32,000 bases of DNA from Candidatus Nitrospira inopinata (GTDB taxonomy: Bacteria > Nitrospirota > Nitrospiria > Nitrospirales > Nitrospiraceae), in assembly GCF_001458695.1 (NCBI RefSeq), contig NZ_LN885086.1, positions 840,001 to 872,000 of the forward strand. Direction: 5' to 3'. Below the pieces are notes generated by a model. It did no database searches and had not been told where the DNA came from. It was given only the letters and a program-made list of their open reading frames with translations. The position numbers were made by a program, and so were the translations under genes. Shown here in pieces: positions 17,179 to 26,583 of this stretch. Position 1 is the stretch's first letter, and each line of letters starts with the position of its first letter.

Positions 17179-18903
17179 CTAGAAGTTCAACCACAATTGC
17201 GCATAGGCCCAGGTCTGGTCCTTGGTGGTACCCAAGTTCTCTCGGATATAGGGGCCTGTAAACATATACGCAAAGGAAGTCTGAAAGGCGAGTTTTCCGT
17301 CCATGAACATGTGGGTCCAGGTAAAATCCACCTCACTGCCGATGTGGTTGGCGGTATTGTCCGCCTTGGAATAGACATAGACCCCCTGGCTGGCCCGATA
17401 CCAATTGTCCCGGGCGTTGGCGAGATTCAAATGGGTGTACCAGATTTCGATGTGATCATCCCTGGTCGGGCGAGCCTGGAAATTGGCCGACCACGTCAAC
17501 GTGTTTTTCCATCCCATGACATCCATATAGCCCATGTGAATGTGGTTGGTAGGATAGAAATTTTCAAAGGTGTTGGCGGTCGAGCAGCTTCCATAGGCGG
17601 CGTTTAAGGTGCAGTTGGCGCGGCCGTCGCCCGAGGCATAATCAAAGTTGAGGGCGAAGCGCGGCTTCCATGCCCACTCATAGAAGGTATAGCCGATCCA
17701 GTTTCTGGTGGCCCAGGCGTTGATGCTGAGACATTTGTATTGTGTCCCCGTGGGACCACAGGGTTCGACCGCCTGGCCGGTATCTCCCATCTGCCCGAAT
17801 TGATAGACGATCTCGTTGGAAAAGTCGAAGCCGCCCTTTTTGACGGCGATCCGATTGCCGATCACGTGGCGGGTCTGGTTACCGTGCTTTGGCGTTCCGA
17901 GGCCTTGTGCATTGCTGTTGTCCGCGCCGAGGTTGTTTTTATAGTAGAGGTAGAACGGTTCAATGAGCGTCCAGGGAACCGCCTTGATCTGGTTATAAAA
18001 CACCAGCATGTCGATATCCCCGTGGGCGTTTTGCGATTGACCCGTTCCGGGCAGATTCGGCCCTCCGCTGCCAAGCGGCGCTCCTTGAGGAAGATCCGTC
18101 TCCGCCAGCCGGAACCAACCGAATGATGAATCCATGAACTTGGTGCTGTAGTTGGTCATGATTCCGTCGAAGGAGAAACCGGTATTCGCCCAGTCAAAGT
18201 GGCCCAGCAAACTCTGGTCTCCAAAGACGAGATATTGCCTTCCAGCCTTGAGGCCAAGGCCGGGGATTCCGGCGAAGTTGCGGATGAGCATGTAGCCGGC
18301 GCGAATTCCGAGCGAACAGGACGATCTGCCGGAAGCCAACGCCGGACCGCACGTGTGAGTGATCGGATCTTGGTTGCCCCCCCATGTCCGGGAATCGATG
18401 AATTCCAAATAGAAATTGACATCCGGAGAAAGATCATACCCGATGCCCAACCGGGTCATCTGCTGAACATATGAATCATTGGCATTGCCGGGGAGATGAT
18501 TGGCGAGCCCTGTTGGGCGATTACAACTTCCTGCGATGGAATTGGCTCCTCCCACCCCTCCACCGAAGCACAAATTATGTCGATATTCAGGCCGCACCCG
18601 AAGGTCCGCCCGAATCCAAAAATTCTTGATGTCAAAGTTCCTTCCGATGTGCGGATCAAAGAGTTCGTATTGTTCTTTCAGGGGAATACCACGTCCGATG
18701 ACGATAATATTGGTGATTCGCTCTCCCTCCGGAATCTCGAACGCCGCGTGGCCGATCGAACTGAGAGAAAGCAGCGAGCCGATGAAAAGAACAAGAGATT
18801 TGAGGACTGTTCGCGTCCCTCTCTTCCATCGAACACGCCGTCGAACGGCTTGGGGAAGCCGCACGTCGTTGTACAGTCCGACAAATGATGAGCCCATCTT
18901 CAT
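17179..18903 (-). CDS. Outer-membrane beta-barrel porin-like protein (possibly alginate-export/AlgE-like family)
   Basis: Signal peptide LVLFIGSLLSLSSIGHA-AFE. The sequence is rich in aromatic/Gly alternation. The C-terminus ...YAQLWLNF has the terminal Phe typical of OMP sorting signals. Confidence 0.7.
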   Translation of the reverse strand: MKMGSSFVGLYNDVRLPQAVRRRVRWKRGTRTVLKSLVLFIGSLLSLSSIGHAAFEIPEGERITNIIVIGRGIPLKEQYELFDPHIGRNFDIKNFWIRADLRVRPEYRHNLCFGGGVGGANSIAGSCNRPTGLANHLPGNANDSYVQQMTRLGIGYDLSPDVNFYLEFIDSRTWGGNQDPITHTCGPALASGRSSCSLGIRAGYMLIRNFAGIPGLGLKAGRQYLVFGDQSLLGHFDWANTGFSFDGIMTNYSTKFMDSSFGWFRLAETDLPQGAPLGSGGPNLPGTGQSQNAHGDIDMLVFYNQIKAVPWTLIEPFYLYYKNNLGADNSNAQGLGTPKHGNQTRHVIGNRIAVKKGGFDFSNEIVYQFGQMGDTGQAVEPCGPTGTQYKCLSINAWATRNWIGYTFYEWAWKPRFALNFDYASGDGRANCTLNAAYGSCSTANTFENFYPTNHIHMGYMDVMGWKNTLTWSANFQARPTRDDHIEIWYTHLNLANARDNWYRASQGVYVYSKADNTANHIGSEVDFTWTHMFMDGKLAFQTSFAYMFTGPYIRENLGTTKDQTWAYAQLWLNF

Positions 18904-18960
18904 GTCTGCTGAGCGCGTAGCAATGGTCGAGGGACTCGCGGTTATTGGAGATGCACGATG

Positions 18961-19254
18961 TTATGTTTGGCGTGTCTGAGGGGCGGTCTTATCCTCTGTC
19001 TGGGTACCTGCAGCACTGATCTCGTCCTCCGTTTCTTTGAGGGTGGCCTGAAAATCCTGCTCCGCCATCTTCATTTCCTGTTGAAGGAAATTCAACTCCG
19101 GCTCGACGGACTTCCTGAGATCTTCCGTTGCATCCTTCAGTCCCTTGACAGCCTTTCCGACTTGACGCCCGACCTCGGGCAATTGTTTGGGGCCGAACAA
19201 GAGAAAGGCAATGACCAGAATGATGAGAATCTCGCCGGTTCCTAGGCCGAACAT
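18961..19254 (-). CDS. TatA/TatB-family twin-arginine translocase subunit (TatB-like, Glu at position 8)
   Basis: MFGLGTGEILIILVIAFLLFGPKQLPEVGRQVGKAVKGLKDA: an N-terminal TM helix followed by an amphipathic helix. Confidence 0.8.
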   Translation of the reverse strand: MFGLGTGEILIILVIAFLLFGPKQLPEVGRQVGKAVKGLKDATEDLRKSVEPELNFLQQEMKMAEQDFQATLKETEDEISAAGTQTEDKTAPQTRQT

Positions 19255-19329
19255 ACATCACATCGACTGACACCGCACGGTGATTCAGAAAAACTTCCCC
19301 TCGTCTTCCCACTTTTTCACACGGACGCG

Positions 19330-19602
19330 CTACCCTTGTTTGATGTGTTCGGGGTGACCTGGAGAACCGGGCGGCGGAGCGTTAGCCGCTTGCGTGTGCG
19401 TTTGAGTGGATGATGCAGCCTGGGCCTGCGGAGGTTCCCCCGGGGTGACGTCGATGGCATCCGCTTCGTGCATGCTTTTCTTGAACCCTTTGATCGCTTT
19501 ACCTAAGCCCTCCCCCAGTTGCGGAAGCTTGCCCGCGCCGAAGATGATCAACACGATAAACAGAATCAGGAGCAGTTCCATCCATCCGAAAGAGCCGAAC
19601 AT
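19330..19602 (-). CDS. tatA: Twin-arginine translocase subunit TatA
   Basis: MFGSFGWMELLLILFIVLIIFGAGKLPQLGEGLGKAIKGFKKSM. GAGGT lies 5 nt upstream of ATG 19602. The track ORF extends to a TTG at 19614. Confidence 0.85.
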   Translation of the reverse strand: MFGSFGWMELLLILFIVLIIFGAGKLPQLGEGLGKAIKGFKKSMHEADAIDVTPGEPPQAQAASSTQTHTQAANAPPPGSPGHPEHIKQG

Positions 19603-19722
19603 ACCGGACCTCAACGAGGCGAGAAGAGCAGAATTTTTTCAACCGCGCTACGGAGAGGCTAGCTGAATGTCGCGAGGGAAGTCAAGGGAAGGGAAAGCGA
19701 CAAGCGGAATTTGCTCGAGCAC

Positions 19723-20814
19723 TCAACATTCCGCGCCCATTCTGATGATCCCGCCGCCCAGCACGTGGTCTCCTCGATAAAACACCGCGGATTGCCCCGG
19801 GCACAGGGCTTTCTGCGGTTCAAGAAATCGGAGACGTACGGACGAGCCGCTGCGTGGATACAGCGTGGCGGACACGGCCGGCGTCGCGTAGCGCACCTTG
19901 ACCTGAACGTCCGTGACGCGCTGAGACAGAGAAGGGTCGAAGACGTTGAGATCTTCGACGTCGCACTCGTCGTTGTACAGCGATTCCTCCGGACCGAGAA
20001 TGACCGTATTCGTGACGGGACGAACCTGTTGGACATACAGCCGGCGGCCCGTTGCAACACCCAACCCGCGTCGTTGGCCCGGCGTGTAGAAGGCAATGCC
20101 ATCGTGTCTTCCCAGAGAGCGTCCTTCTTGATCGAGAAATTGTCCAGGCTTGCGGATTGTAGGATCTTCCCGCTCAAGAAACGCGCGATAGTCGCCCTGA
20201 CTGACAAAGCAGATTTCCTGGCTTTCCTTCACCTCATCGGCGGGAAGCCCCAAGGATTCGGCCTCTCTCCAGACGTCGCTCTTTTGCATGGTTCCTACGG
20301 GAAACAGAAGCCGCGGAAGCCAGGCAGGATTCAAACGATACAGGAAATAGCTCTGGTCCTTTTTGAGATCAACGGCCCGCTGGAGCGTGAGCCCCGCGTC
20401 GGTCCTTGCCAGGCGGACATAATGACCGGTCGCAACGAATTGAATTCCCCGACAATCCGCCAGTTCGATGAGTCGGCGAATCTTGACTCGTTCGTTGCAT
20501 CGCACGCATGGATTCGGCGTAATCCCTTCCTTATAGGCTCTGACAAAATCCGCAATCACGCTGTCCCGAAAGTCATCGCGGGTATCGACAACCTCATAGG
20601 GAATGTCAAGCCGCTGAGCCACGTATTTGGCGATGCCGATTTTGCAACATCCGCGCTCTTGCCATTTTTGGGAAGTAGGTTGACCCGTTTCTTCCGGTTC
20701 CCAAACCTGGAGCGTGACTCCCTGTACCGCGTAGCCCTGACGAACGAGGAGGGCTGCGGCAACCGAACTGTCCACTCCGCCGCTCATACCAAGAAGGATC
20801 GTGGGACGACTCAT
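19723..20814 (-). CDS. mnmA: tRNA 2-thiouridine(34) synthase MnmA
   Basis: PP-loop GMSGGVDSSVAA, plus CNERVKIRRL and GHYVR motifs. I prefer ATG 20814 (MSRPTILLGMSGG) over the TTG at 20844. Confidence 0.9.
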   Translation of the reverse strand: MSRPTILLGMSGGVDSSVAAALLVRQGYAVQGVTLQVWEPEETGQPTSQKWQERGCCKIGIAKYVAQRLDIPYEVVDTRDDFRDSVIADFVRAYKEGITPNPCVRCNERVKIRRLIELADCRGIQFVATGHYVRLARTDAGLTLQRAVDLKKDQSYFLYRLNPAWLPRLLFPVGTMQKSDVWREAESLGLPADEVKESQEICFVSQGDYRAFLEREDPTIRKPGQFLDQEGRSLGRHDGIAFYTPGQRRGLGVATGRRLYVQQVRPVTNTVILGPEESLYNDECDVEDLNVFDPSLSQRVTDVQVKVRYATPAVSATLYPRSGSSVRLRFLEPQKALCPGQSAVFYRGDHVLGGGIIRMGAEC

Positions 20815-20849
20815 AGGGGAAACATTGTATTGAGATCCCGGCAAAAGTG

Positions 20850-21314
20850 CTAGTGGCCGGTCGATCTGACTCGCGGGCGGTGGGTCGTCAGATCATGGAG
20901 ATCATGAGGATTTTTCGTGGTCGGAGAGGAATGTTGGTCTTCAACCCACTTATGGGCTCCCATATCGCACATGCCATGGAAATGGGCTCCGTCTTCTATG
21001 GCGATCGCCGACGTTCGAACGTCTCCGATCAAGATCCCGGGCTTGTTGATTTGAACCTTCTCCAAAGCCGTTACTGTCCCATTTATTTTTCCGCTCGTCA
21101 TGACGGTTCCCGCTGAGATGAGCCCCTTGATGACCCCCTGCTCTCCCACGATCAGGGTTCCATTCGTATGAACCTCTCCCTCGAGTCGCCCATCGACTCG
21201 AATGGTCCCCTCAAAATGGATAACTCCTCTGAAATCGACTCCCCTTGCGAGAAACGTCAGACTCTCGTTTCCACTTCCCGTTTTTGACTTGTCCTCTCCA
21301 CCGATGGCCCACAT
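20850..21314 (-). CDS. Bactofilin (DUF583) cytoskeletal protein with a His-rich C-terminal tail
   Basis: Repetitive beta-helix pattern FEGTIRVDGRLEGEVHTNGTLIVGEQGVIKGLISAGTVMTSGKINGTV...IEDGAHFHG. Confidence 0.85.
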   Translation of the reverse strand: MWAIGGEDKSKTGSGNESLTFLARGVDFRGVIHFEGTIRVDGRLEGEVHTNGTLIVGEQGVIKGLISAGTVMTSGKINGTVTALEKVQINKPGILIGDVRTSAIAIEDGAHFHGMCDMGAHKWVEDQHSSPTTKNPHDLHDLTTHRPRVRSTGH

Positions 21315-21562
21315 CAGCCTTCCAAGCTCCTATTTTGAGCAAATTAGCTTTCTCGGCTTCTCATCAAAGAACCGACTCACAAAGGAGCGGCCAGCTGCTC
21401 AGCAAACCCACGGCCCCCTCTCCATCCAGTGGTTCGGTCATTGCGGTTCCCGGTCCTCAGCACATCGTAGTCATGTGGGACGGCTCAGAGTCGTTCATCC
21501 GCCCCACGCTTTTGTTCACCTCAAACGTGCTGCGAGCATGTCCCATTCGCTCGGATCAGAAT

Positions 21563-22075
21563 CTATGCCGTGATACGTTTGACAACCGGCTGCTCCCCCT
21601 GTGGAATGGCTCGGAGCGAGGGTTCGCGTTGCATGTCTCGCGAAACGGCCGACATTTCCAGCGTCCCATTGAACATGACTCCTTCTTCCATCGACAGCAT
21701 CGGAGTCTTCACGCCTCCGGTAATGACGGCCGGCGCCCGCAATTTGATTTTTTCCTTGGCAACGATGTCCCCGGTTATTTTTCCTTTGCAGACGATCGTC
21801 CCCGCCGTGACTTTCGCCTTAAGCACCGCCTCTTCTCCGACGAGCAGAATGCCATCCGTTTGGATTTCCCCTTCGACCGAACCGTCGATCCTGACGGTCC
21901 CTTGATAGGTAATCGTGCCTTTGAAATCGACTCCTTTTCCAACGAACGCACTAATCTCTTCTCCCATTTCAGTCCGCTGAGACCTCGGAGCCGTCATGAG
22001 AGCTTCCGCATCTTGTGTTGTCGATGAGCTGTTGTCCGGCTTGTCCTGTTTCCACATGTGGGGATCCCTCCTCAT
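21563..22075 (-). CDS. Bactofilin (DUF583) cytoskeletal protein
   Basis: FKGTITYQGTVRIDGSVEGEIQTDGILLVGEEAVLKAKVTAGTIVCKGKITGDIVAKEKIKL...MEEGVMFNG. GAGGAGGG lies upstream of the ATG. Confidence 0.85.
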   Translation of the reverse strand: MRRDPHMWKQDKPDNSSSTTQDAEALMTAPRSQRTEMGEEISAFVGKGVDFKGTITYQGTVRIDGSVEGEIQTDGILLVGEEAVLKAKVTAGTIVCKGKITGDIVAKEKIKLRAPAVITGGVKTPMLSMEEGVMFNGTLEMSAVSRDMQREPSLRAIPQGEQPVVKRITA

Positions 22076-22139
22076 GGTTATGTCGCCAGGCTGTCGACAT
22101 TCATCTCTACGGCACGTCCTTCATCGTTACAAACACGAA

Positions 22140-22152
22140 ATTCAATTTGAAT
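22140..22152. promoter_or_regulatory. 13-bp palindrome ATTCAAtTTGAAT upstream of the bactofilin genes
   Basis: The inverted repeat is read directly from the sequence. It lies in the 222-bp parB-bactofilin spacer, about 65 bp upstream of the bactofilin start. Confidence 0.25.
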
Positions 22153-22297
22153 CCTGTTTATGTGAAACCATGGCGAGCCCGGACCTGTGTAGTATCGGCT
22201 ACTTGGCGGAGTAAATTAAGCGCGGCCGAGGAAAAAAGCAACTTTTTCGTTTTCGTCTTCACGCGCTACCCCCTTTCGTTCGTTGAAACTCGGCGAA

Positions 22298-23146
22298 TTA
22301 TGACAGGACCGTTTCGACAATTCCTTCCAGCTCCTCAGGGGAGAAGTAGCGGATGATAATTTTTCCGCCCTTGCCTCGAGGCTGAATCATCACTTTGGTT
22401 CCCAGCTTTTTCTGGAGTTTTGATTCGAGATCCAGACGGTACTGATCGTGGGGCGCCCTGCGATTCCGTTTGTTACCGCGCAAGATCGACGCTACCATTT
22501 TTTCGGTCTCTCGCACCGAGAGCCCCTGAGCGACGACCTTTTTTGAAACCTCAAGCTGCGATTCCGGAGACTCGATGCCGAGGATCACCTTGGCATGGCC
22601 GGCCGATAGGGCTTGATTCTCGACAAGTTTTTGGACCTCCGGGTGAAGATTGGTCAATCGAACCGCGTTCGCAACGGACGACCGATCGCACCCGACCTTC
22701 TTGGCGATCATCTCGTGCGTGAGCCCGAACTCATTCATCATTCTCGAGTACGCTCTCGCGATTTCCATAGGGTTCAGATCAGAGCGTTGAAGATTTTCGA
22801 TCAAGGCGATCAAGATCGCTTCTTCGTCGCTGCAATTTCTGACGATCGCTCGAACGGTTTTGAGTCCGGCCTCTTTTGAAGCGCGCCACCGTCGCTCTCC
22901 CGAGATCAGCTCGAAGATCCCGTCCCCTTTTCGCCTGACCATGATTGGTTGGAGCATGCCCGTCTCATGAATTGAAGCAGCCAATTCAGCGAGTTCTTGC
23001 GGGGAGAAATGTTGCCGGGGCTGATACCGGTTCGGAACAATGTCTTCCACCCGCAAATGCTGGATGTCGCCCCCCTCCACCGGATGGTTTCCCGGCAAAG
23101 AGGGCAAGAGGGCGTCAAGTCCTTTCCCGAGCGCTTTCTTCTCCAT
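22298..23146 (-). CDS. parB: Chromosome partitioning protein ParB
   Basis: MEKKALGKGLDALL, NRYQPRQHF, GERRWRAS and LIENLQRSDLNP motifs. Confidence 0.95.
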   Translation of the reverse strand: MEKKALGKGLDALLPSLPGNHPVEGGDIQHLRVEDIVPNRYQPRQHFSPQELAELAASIHETGMLQPIMVRRKGDGIFELISGERRWRASKEAGLKTVRAIVRNCSDEEAILIALIENLQRSDLNPMEIARAYSRMMNEFGLTHEMIAKKVGCDRSSVANAVRLTNLHPEVQKLVENQALSAGHAKVILGIESPESQLEVSKKVVAQGLSVRETEKMVASILRGNKRNRRAPHDQYRLDLESKLQKKLGTKVMIQPRGKGGKIIIRYFSPEELEGIVETVLS

Positions 23147-23900
23147 AGGCGAGAAACTCCTTCGCTAAAGCGATATAGGCTTGCGATCCCGACGATGCCG
23201 CATTGTACAGTATGCCTGGACGCCCGTAACTCGGCGCTTCGGCCAGTGTGATATTGCGCGGAATGACCGTGCGGTAAACTTTTTCTTTGAAGTGGGCCCG
23301 AACCTGCTCGGCCACCTGACGGGCCAAGGTATTCCGCGAATCGAACATGGTCAAGATGATTCCTTCAATGCTTAGATCAGGATTGAACGACTGACGCACT
23401 CGCTCAATGCTGGAGACCAAACGCGTGAGCCCCTCCATGGCGTAGTATTCGCATTGAACCGGAATTAGGACCGTTTTCGCGGCCGTCAGCGCGTTGATCG
23501 TCAGAATGCCGAGGGCCGGCGGGCAATCAATAAGGATAACGTCATAATCACCTGCCAATTCTCCCAAAACATCGTTCAAGTACCGTTCACGATTTTCGAT
23601 ATGAGCCAATTCAATCTCAATCCCGGCAAGATCGGCATTCGCTGGCAGGATGAACAGATTCCGAACGAGGGTTTCTATTCGAATGCTTTGAATGGGGCCG
23701 TCCTTGATTAAGGAGTGATAGACGGTATGCCGAAGCGACCGAGGATCAATGCCCAGACCGCTCGTGGCATTTCCTTGAGGATCTAAATCGACCAAGAGGA
23801 CCGATCGTCCCTCAAGCGCAACGGCCGACGCCAAATTCACGGACGTTGTTGTCTTCCCTACTCCACCTTTCTGATTGGCGACAGCAACTATTTTTCCCAT
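23115..23900 (-). CDS. parA: Chromosome partitioning ATPase ParA/Soj
   Basis: Deviant Walker A: MGKIVAVANQKGGVGKTTTSVNLA. The 3' end overlaps the parB start by 32 nt. Confidence 0.95.
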   Translation of the reverse strand: MGKIVAVANQKGGVGKTTTSVNLASAVALEGRSVLLVDLDPQGNATSGLGIDPRSLRHTVYHSLIKDGPIQSIRIETLVRNLFILPANADLAGIEIELAHIENRERYLNDVLGELAGDYDVILIDCPPALGILTINALTAAKTVLIPVQCEYYAMEGLTRLVSSIERVRQSFNPDLSIEGIILTMFDSRNTLARQVAEQVRAHFKEKVYRTVIPRNITLAEAPSYGRPGILYNAASSGSQAYIALAKEFLAYGEESARERT

Positions 23901-23912
23901 ATATTCAATTAC

Positions 23913-24620
23913 TTATAGAACAAATCGATCTCTGTTCCACGTGGAACTGACTTGTGCTTCCTTTTTCGGAGAGCGTTCAAGGATCGAGAGAACTCGACGC
24001 CCGAACTTCATTGGAAGATCGAATTGTCGTTCCGCGGTTAGCACCCATTTAGGATAAGCCAATTGATTGAATGGCTTGGCTAAATAAAGAATGATTTTTC
24101 CGTGATTGGCTAAGAGCCTCTCCCCCTGTTCAAAAATTTCATCGGGTTTTAGCGCGCGAGTCACTATGTAATCAAATTGATGAAAAGGCTTCGATTGAAC
24201 AATAAATTGCCTGAGTGTTCCACAGAATACACTGATCTGCTTGAGGCGCAGAATCCCAATCACCGAGAGCAGGAAAGAAGCTTTCTTTTTGACAGGTTCC
24301 ACAAGGGTCACGTGCAAATCGTCTCGAACGATTTTGAGAGGGATCCCGGGAAACCCAGCCCCCGTTCCAACATCTAGTAGCCACGCTTCCTTTTTTATTG
24401 ATTCGACAGAGAAACATGCAAGCGAATCAATGAAATGCTTCACAATGATCTCTTGATCATCTCTGATACTGGTCAAATTGATTGATTGACTCCATGTTTT
24501 GAGTTGATCGAAATGAACCAGCAGTTGTTTTACCTGTTCTGGCCGCAATGGAACCCCTATCTCTTGAGAACACTGTTCGAGCAACGATGATAAAGATGAT
24601 CTCTGTTCCACGTGGAACAC
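23913..24620 (-). CDS. rsmG: 16S rRNA (guanine527-N7)-methyltransferase RsmG (GidB)
   Basis: SAM-binding motif LLDVGTGAGFPGIPLKI. The predicted GTG start (24620) lies inside the upstream parS palindrome. Confidence 0.9.
   Translation of the reverse strand: MFHVEQRSSLSSLLEQCSQEIGVPLRPEQVKQLLVHFDQLKTWSQSINLTSIRDDQEIIVKHFIDSLACFSVESIKKEAWLLDVGTGAGFPGIPLKIVRDDLHVTLVEPVKKKASFLLSVIGILRLKQISVFCGTLRQFIVQSKPFHQFDYIVTRALKPDEIFEQGERLLANHGKIILYLAKPFNQLAYPKWVLTAERQFDLPMKFGRRVLSILERSPKKEAQVSSTWNRDRFVL
23933..23948. promoter_or_regulatory. parS centromere-like site (15/16 palindromic)
   Basis: TGTTCCACGTGGAACT, compared with the canonical TGTTNCACGTGAAACA. It lies in the last codons of rsmG, 33 nt upstream of the parA start. 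Confidence 0.8.
24604..24619. promoter_or_regulatory. parS centromere-like site (perfect 16-bp palindrome)
   Basis: TGTTCCACGTGGAACA. It is embedded in a 21-nt stretch (gatctctgttccacgtggaac, 24598-24618) identical to 23927-23947. Confidence 0.85.
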
Positions 24621-24687
24621 TTACGCGAACATCGATCCTCGGGTCAACACAATATTTGCGGAACAGGAACGGATTTGATGATGATGA

Positions 24688-26568
24688 TTATGAGTTGGCG
24701 GCTCGAGGAGACGAGTGATTCCCCTTTTCTAACGCCACCAATAGAAGTGAGATGGCAGCAGGAGTGATTCCTGAAATTCTTGATGCCTGCCCAACGGTCT
24801 CCGGTCGTATCTTCTGAAGTTTTTCCCTCACCTCTCGTGAAAAACCTGTGACCGCATTGTAGTTAAAGCCTGAAGGGATCGATTTCTTCTCCAGTTTTTT
24901 GAATTTTTCTATTTGCTGAAGTTGCCGACGGATGTACCCGTCATACTTCACTTGGACTTCGACCTCTTCGGACACCTCTCGTTCTTCCACCCCATCCAGC
25001 TCCAGGGCGTGCAATAGGTCGTGATAGGTGGAATCTTGCCTTCTTAGCAGCTCGGCCACAGTTTGAGTTGGAGAAATATTCTCAAGAGAGGTTCCCTTAA
25101 TCCGCACCCGGACCGAATCCGTTAAATATGGCTTCATCTCGTGGAGACGAGCGATTTCTTTTTCGATCAGCGCCTTTTTTTTGACGAGCCTTTCGTACAT
25201 CGCCTGCTCAATCAGTCCAACCTGAAATCCAAGTTCCATCAGCCGAAGATCGGCATTACCGTGACGAAGAAGGAGACGATACTCAGCCCGTGACGTGAAC
25301 ATCCGGTACGGCTCATAGACATCTTTCGTGATCAAGTCATCAATCAACACCCCGATGTAAGCTTGGGATCGGTCAAGGACCAAGGGCGGTTCCCCTTTTA
25401 TTGCGAGAGCCGCATTGATCCCCGCCATAAGGCCTTGCGCCGCAGCCTCCTCATAACCTGACGTTCCGTTAATTTGCCCGGCATGATACAGACCTCCGAC
25501 GAGTTTCGTTTCGAGCGTACTCATCAACTGCCGAGGCGGAAAATAGTCATATTCTATCGCATAGCCGGGCTTGAGCATTTTGGCATGTTCCAGACCTGGA
25601 ATTGTTTTGAGAATCTCGGTCTGAACATCAACGGGCAGACTTGTAGAGATGCCGTTGGGATAGAACTCATCAGAATCCAATCCCTCCGGTTCAACAAAAA
25701 TCTGATGCCGCTCCTTTTCCTCAAAGCGCACCACCTTATCCTCAATGGAGGGGCAATAGCGCGGTCCCGTCGAACAAATCACACCACTGTAAAGGGGTGA
25801 GCGATCCAAATTCTCCCGGATAATCTCATGGGTTCTTGCATTGGTGTATGTCAGGTGACAGAGAACTTGCGGCTGCTCGATCCGTTCGGTGCGATAGGAA
25901 AAAGGGGGCGGCGGATCATCACCCGGCTGGGGAATCATGACCGAAAAGTCGATTGTGTTCTTGTCCAATCGCGGCGGAGTTCCCGTCTTAAGACGCCCTA
26001 CCTCAAACCCAAGATCGCGCATGCAGTCCGTCAAATGCTCCGCGGATGACTCACCCGCTCGACCGGCCGGAAAGCGAGTCAGGCCGATATGGATTAATCC
26101 CTTAAGAAATGTACCCGAAGTCAAGACAACGGCTCTTGCCTTGATCACCTCGCCGCCCCCCGTGACGACCCCGTCGATCGCTCCTCCCTTGGTGAGCAGG
26201 CGATCGACGGTTCCTTCGGCAATGGTCAGATGAGGCTCGCGGGCCAGCGTCGCTTGCATGACCTCACGATAGCGCGTTTTATCACATTGAACTCTTAACG
26301 CGCGGACCGCCGGCCCCTTCTTCGTATTGATGAACCGAAACTGAATGCCCGCTTGGTCGGTGTTCCGACCCATTTCACCGCCCAGCGCGTCGATTTCTTT
26401 CACCAAATGCCCTTTAGCGATTCCACCGACGGCCGGATTACAGGACATTTGCGCGATCCGAGTCCGATCCATCGTGAGCAAAAGCGTCCTCACGCCCATC
26501 CGAGATGCCGCCAACGCCGCCTCGCAACCGGCATGACCGCCCCCCACGACGATAACGTCAACGTCCAC
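24688..26568 (-). CDS. mnmG: tRNA uridine-5-carboxymethylaminomethyl(34) synthesis enzyme MnmG (GidA)
   Basis: FAD-binding fold [21 protein letters not shown]. 626 aa, with a typical GidA C-terminal domain. Confidence 0.95.
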   Translation of the reverse strand: MDVDVIVVGGGHAGCEAALAASRMGVRTLLLTMDRTRIAQMSCNPAVGGIAKGHLVKEIDALGGEMGRNTDQAGIQFRFINTKKGPAVRALRVQCDKTRYREVMQATLAREPHLTIAEGTVDRLLTKGGAIDGVVTGGGEVIKARAVVLTSGTFLKGLIHIGLTRFPAGRAGESSAEHLTDCMRDLGFEVGRLKTGTPPRLDKNTIDFSVMIPQPGDDPPPPFSYRTERIEQPQVLCHLTYTNARTHEIIRENLDRSPLYSGVICSTGPRYCPSIEDKVVRFEEKERHQIFVEPEGLDSDEFYPNGISTSLPVDVQTEILKTIPGLEHAKMLKPGYAIEYDYFPPRQLMSTLETKLVGGLYHAGQINGTSGYEEAAAQGLMAGINAALAIKGEPPLVLDRSQAYIGVLIDDLITKDVYEPYRMFTSRAEYRLLLRHGNADLRLMELGFQVGLIEQAMYERLVKKKALIEKEIARLHEMKPYLTDSVRVRIKGTSLENISPTQTVAELLRRQDSTYHDLLHALELDGVEEREVSEEVEVQVKYDGYIRRQLQQIEKFKKLEKKSIPSGFNYNAVTGFSREVREKLQKIRPETVGQASRISGITPAAISLLLVALEKGNHSSPRAANS

Positions 26569-26583
26569 GATGACCGCCCCCTG

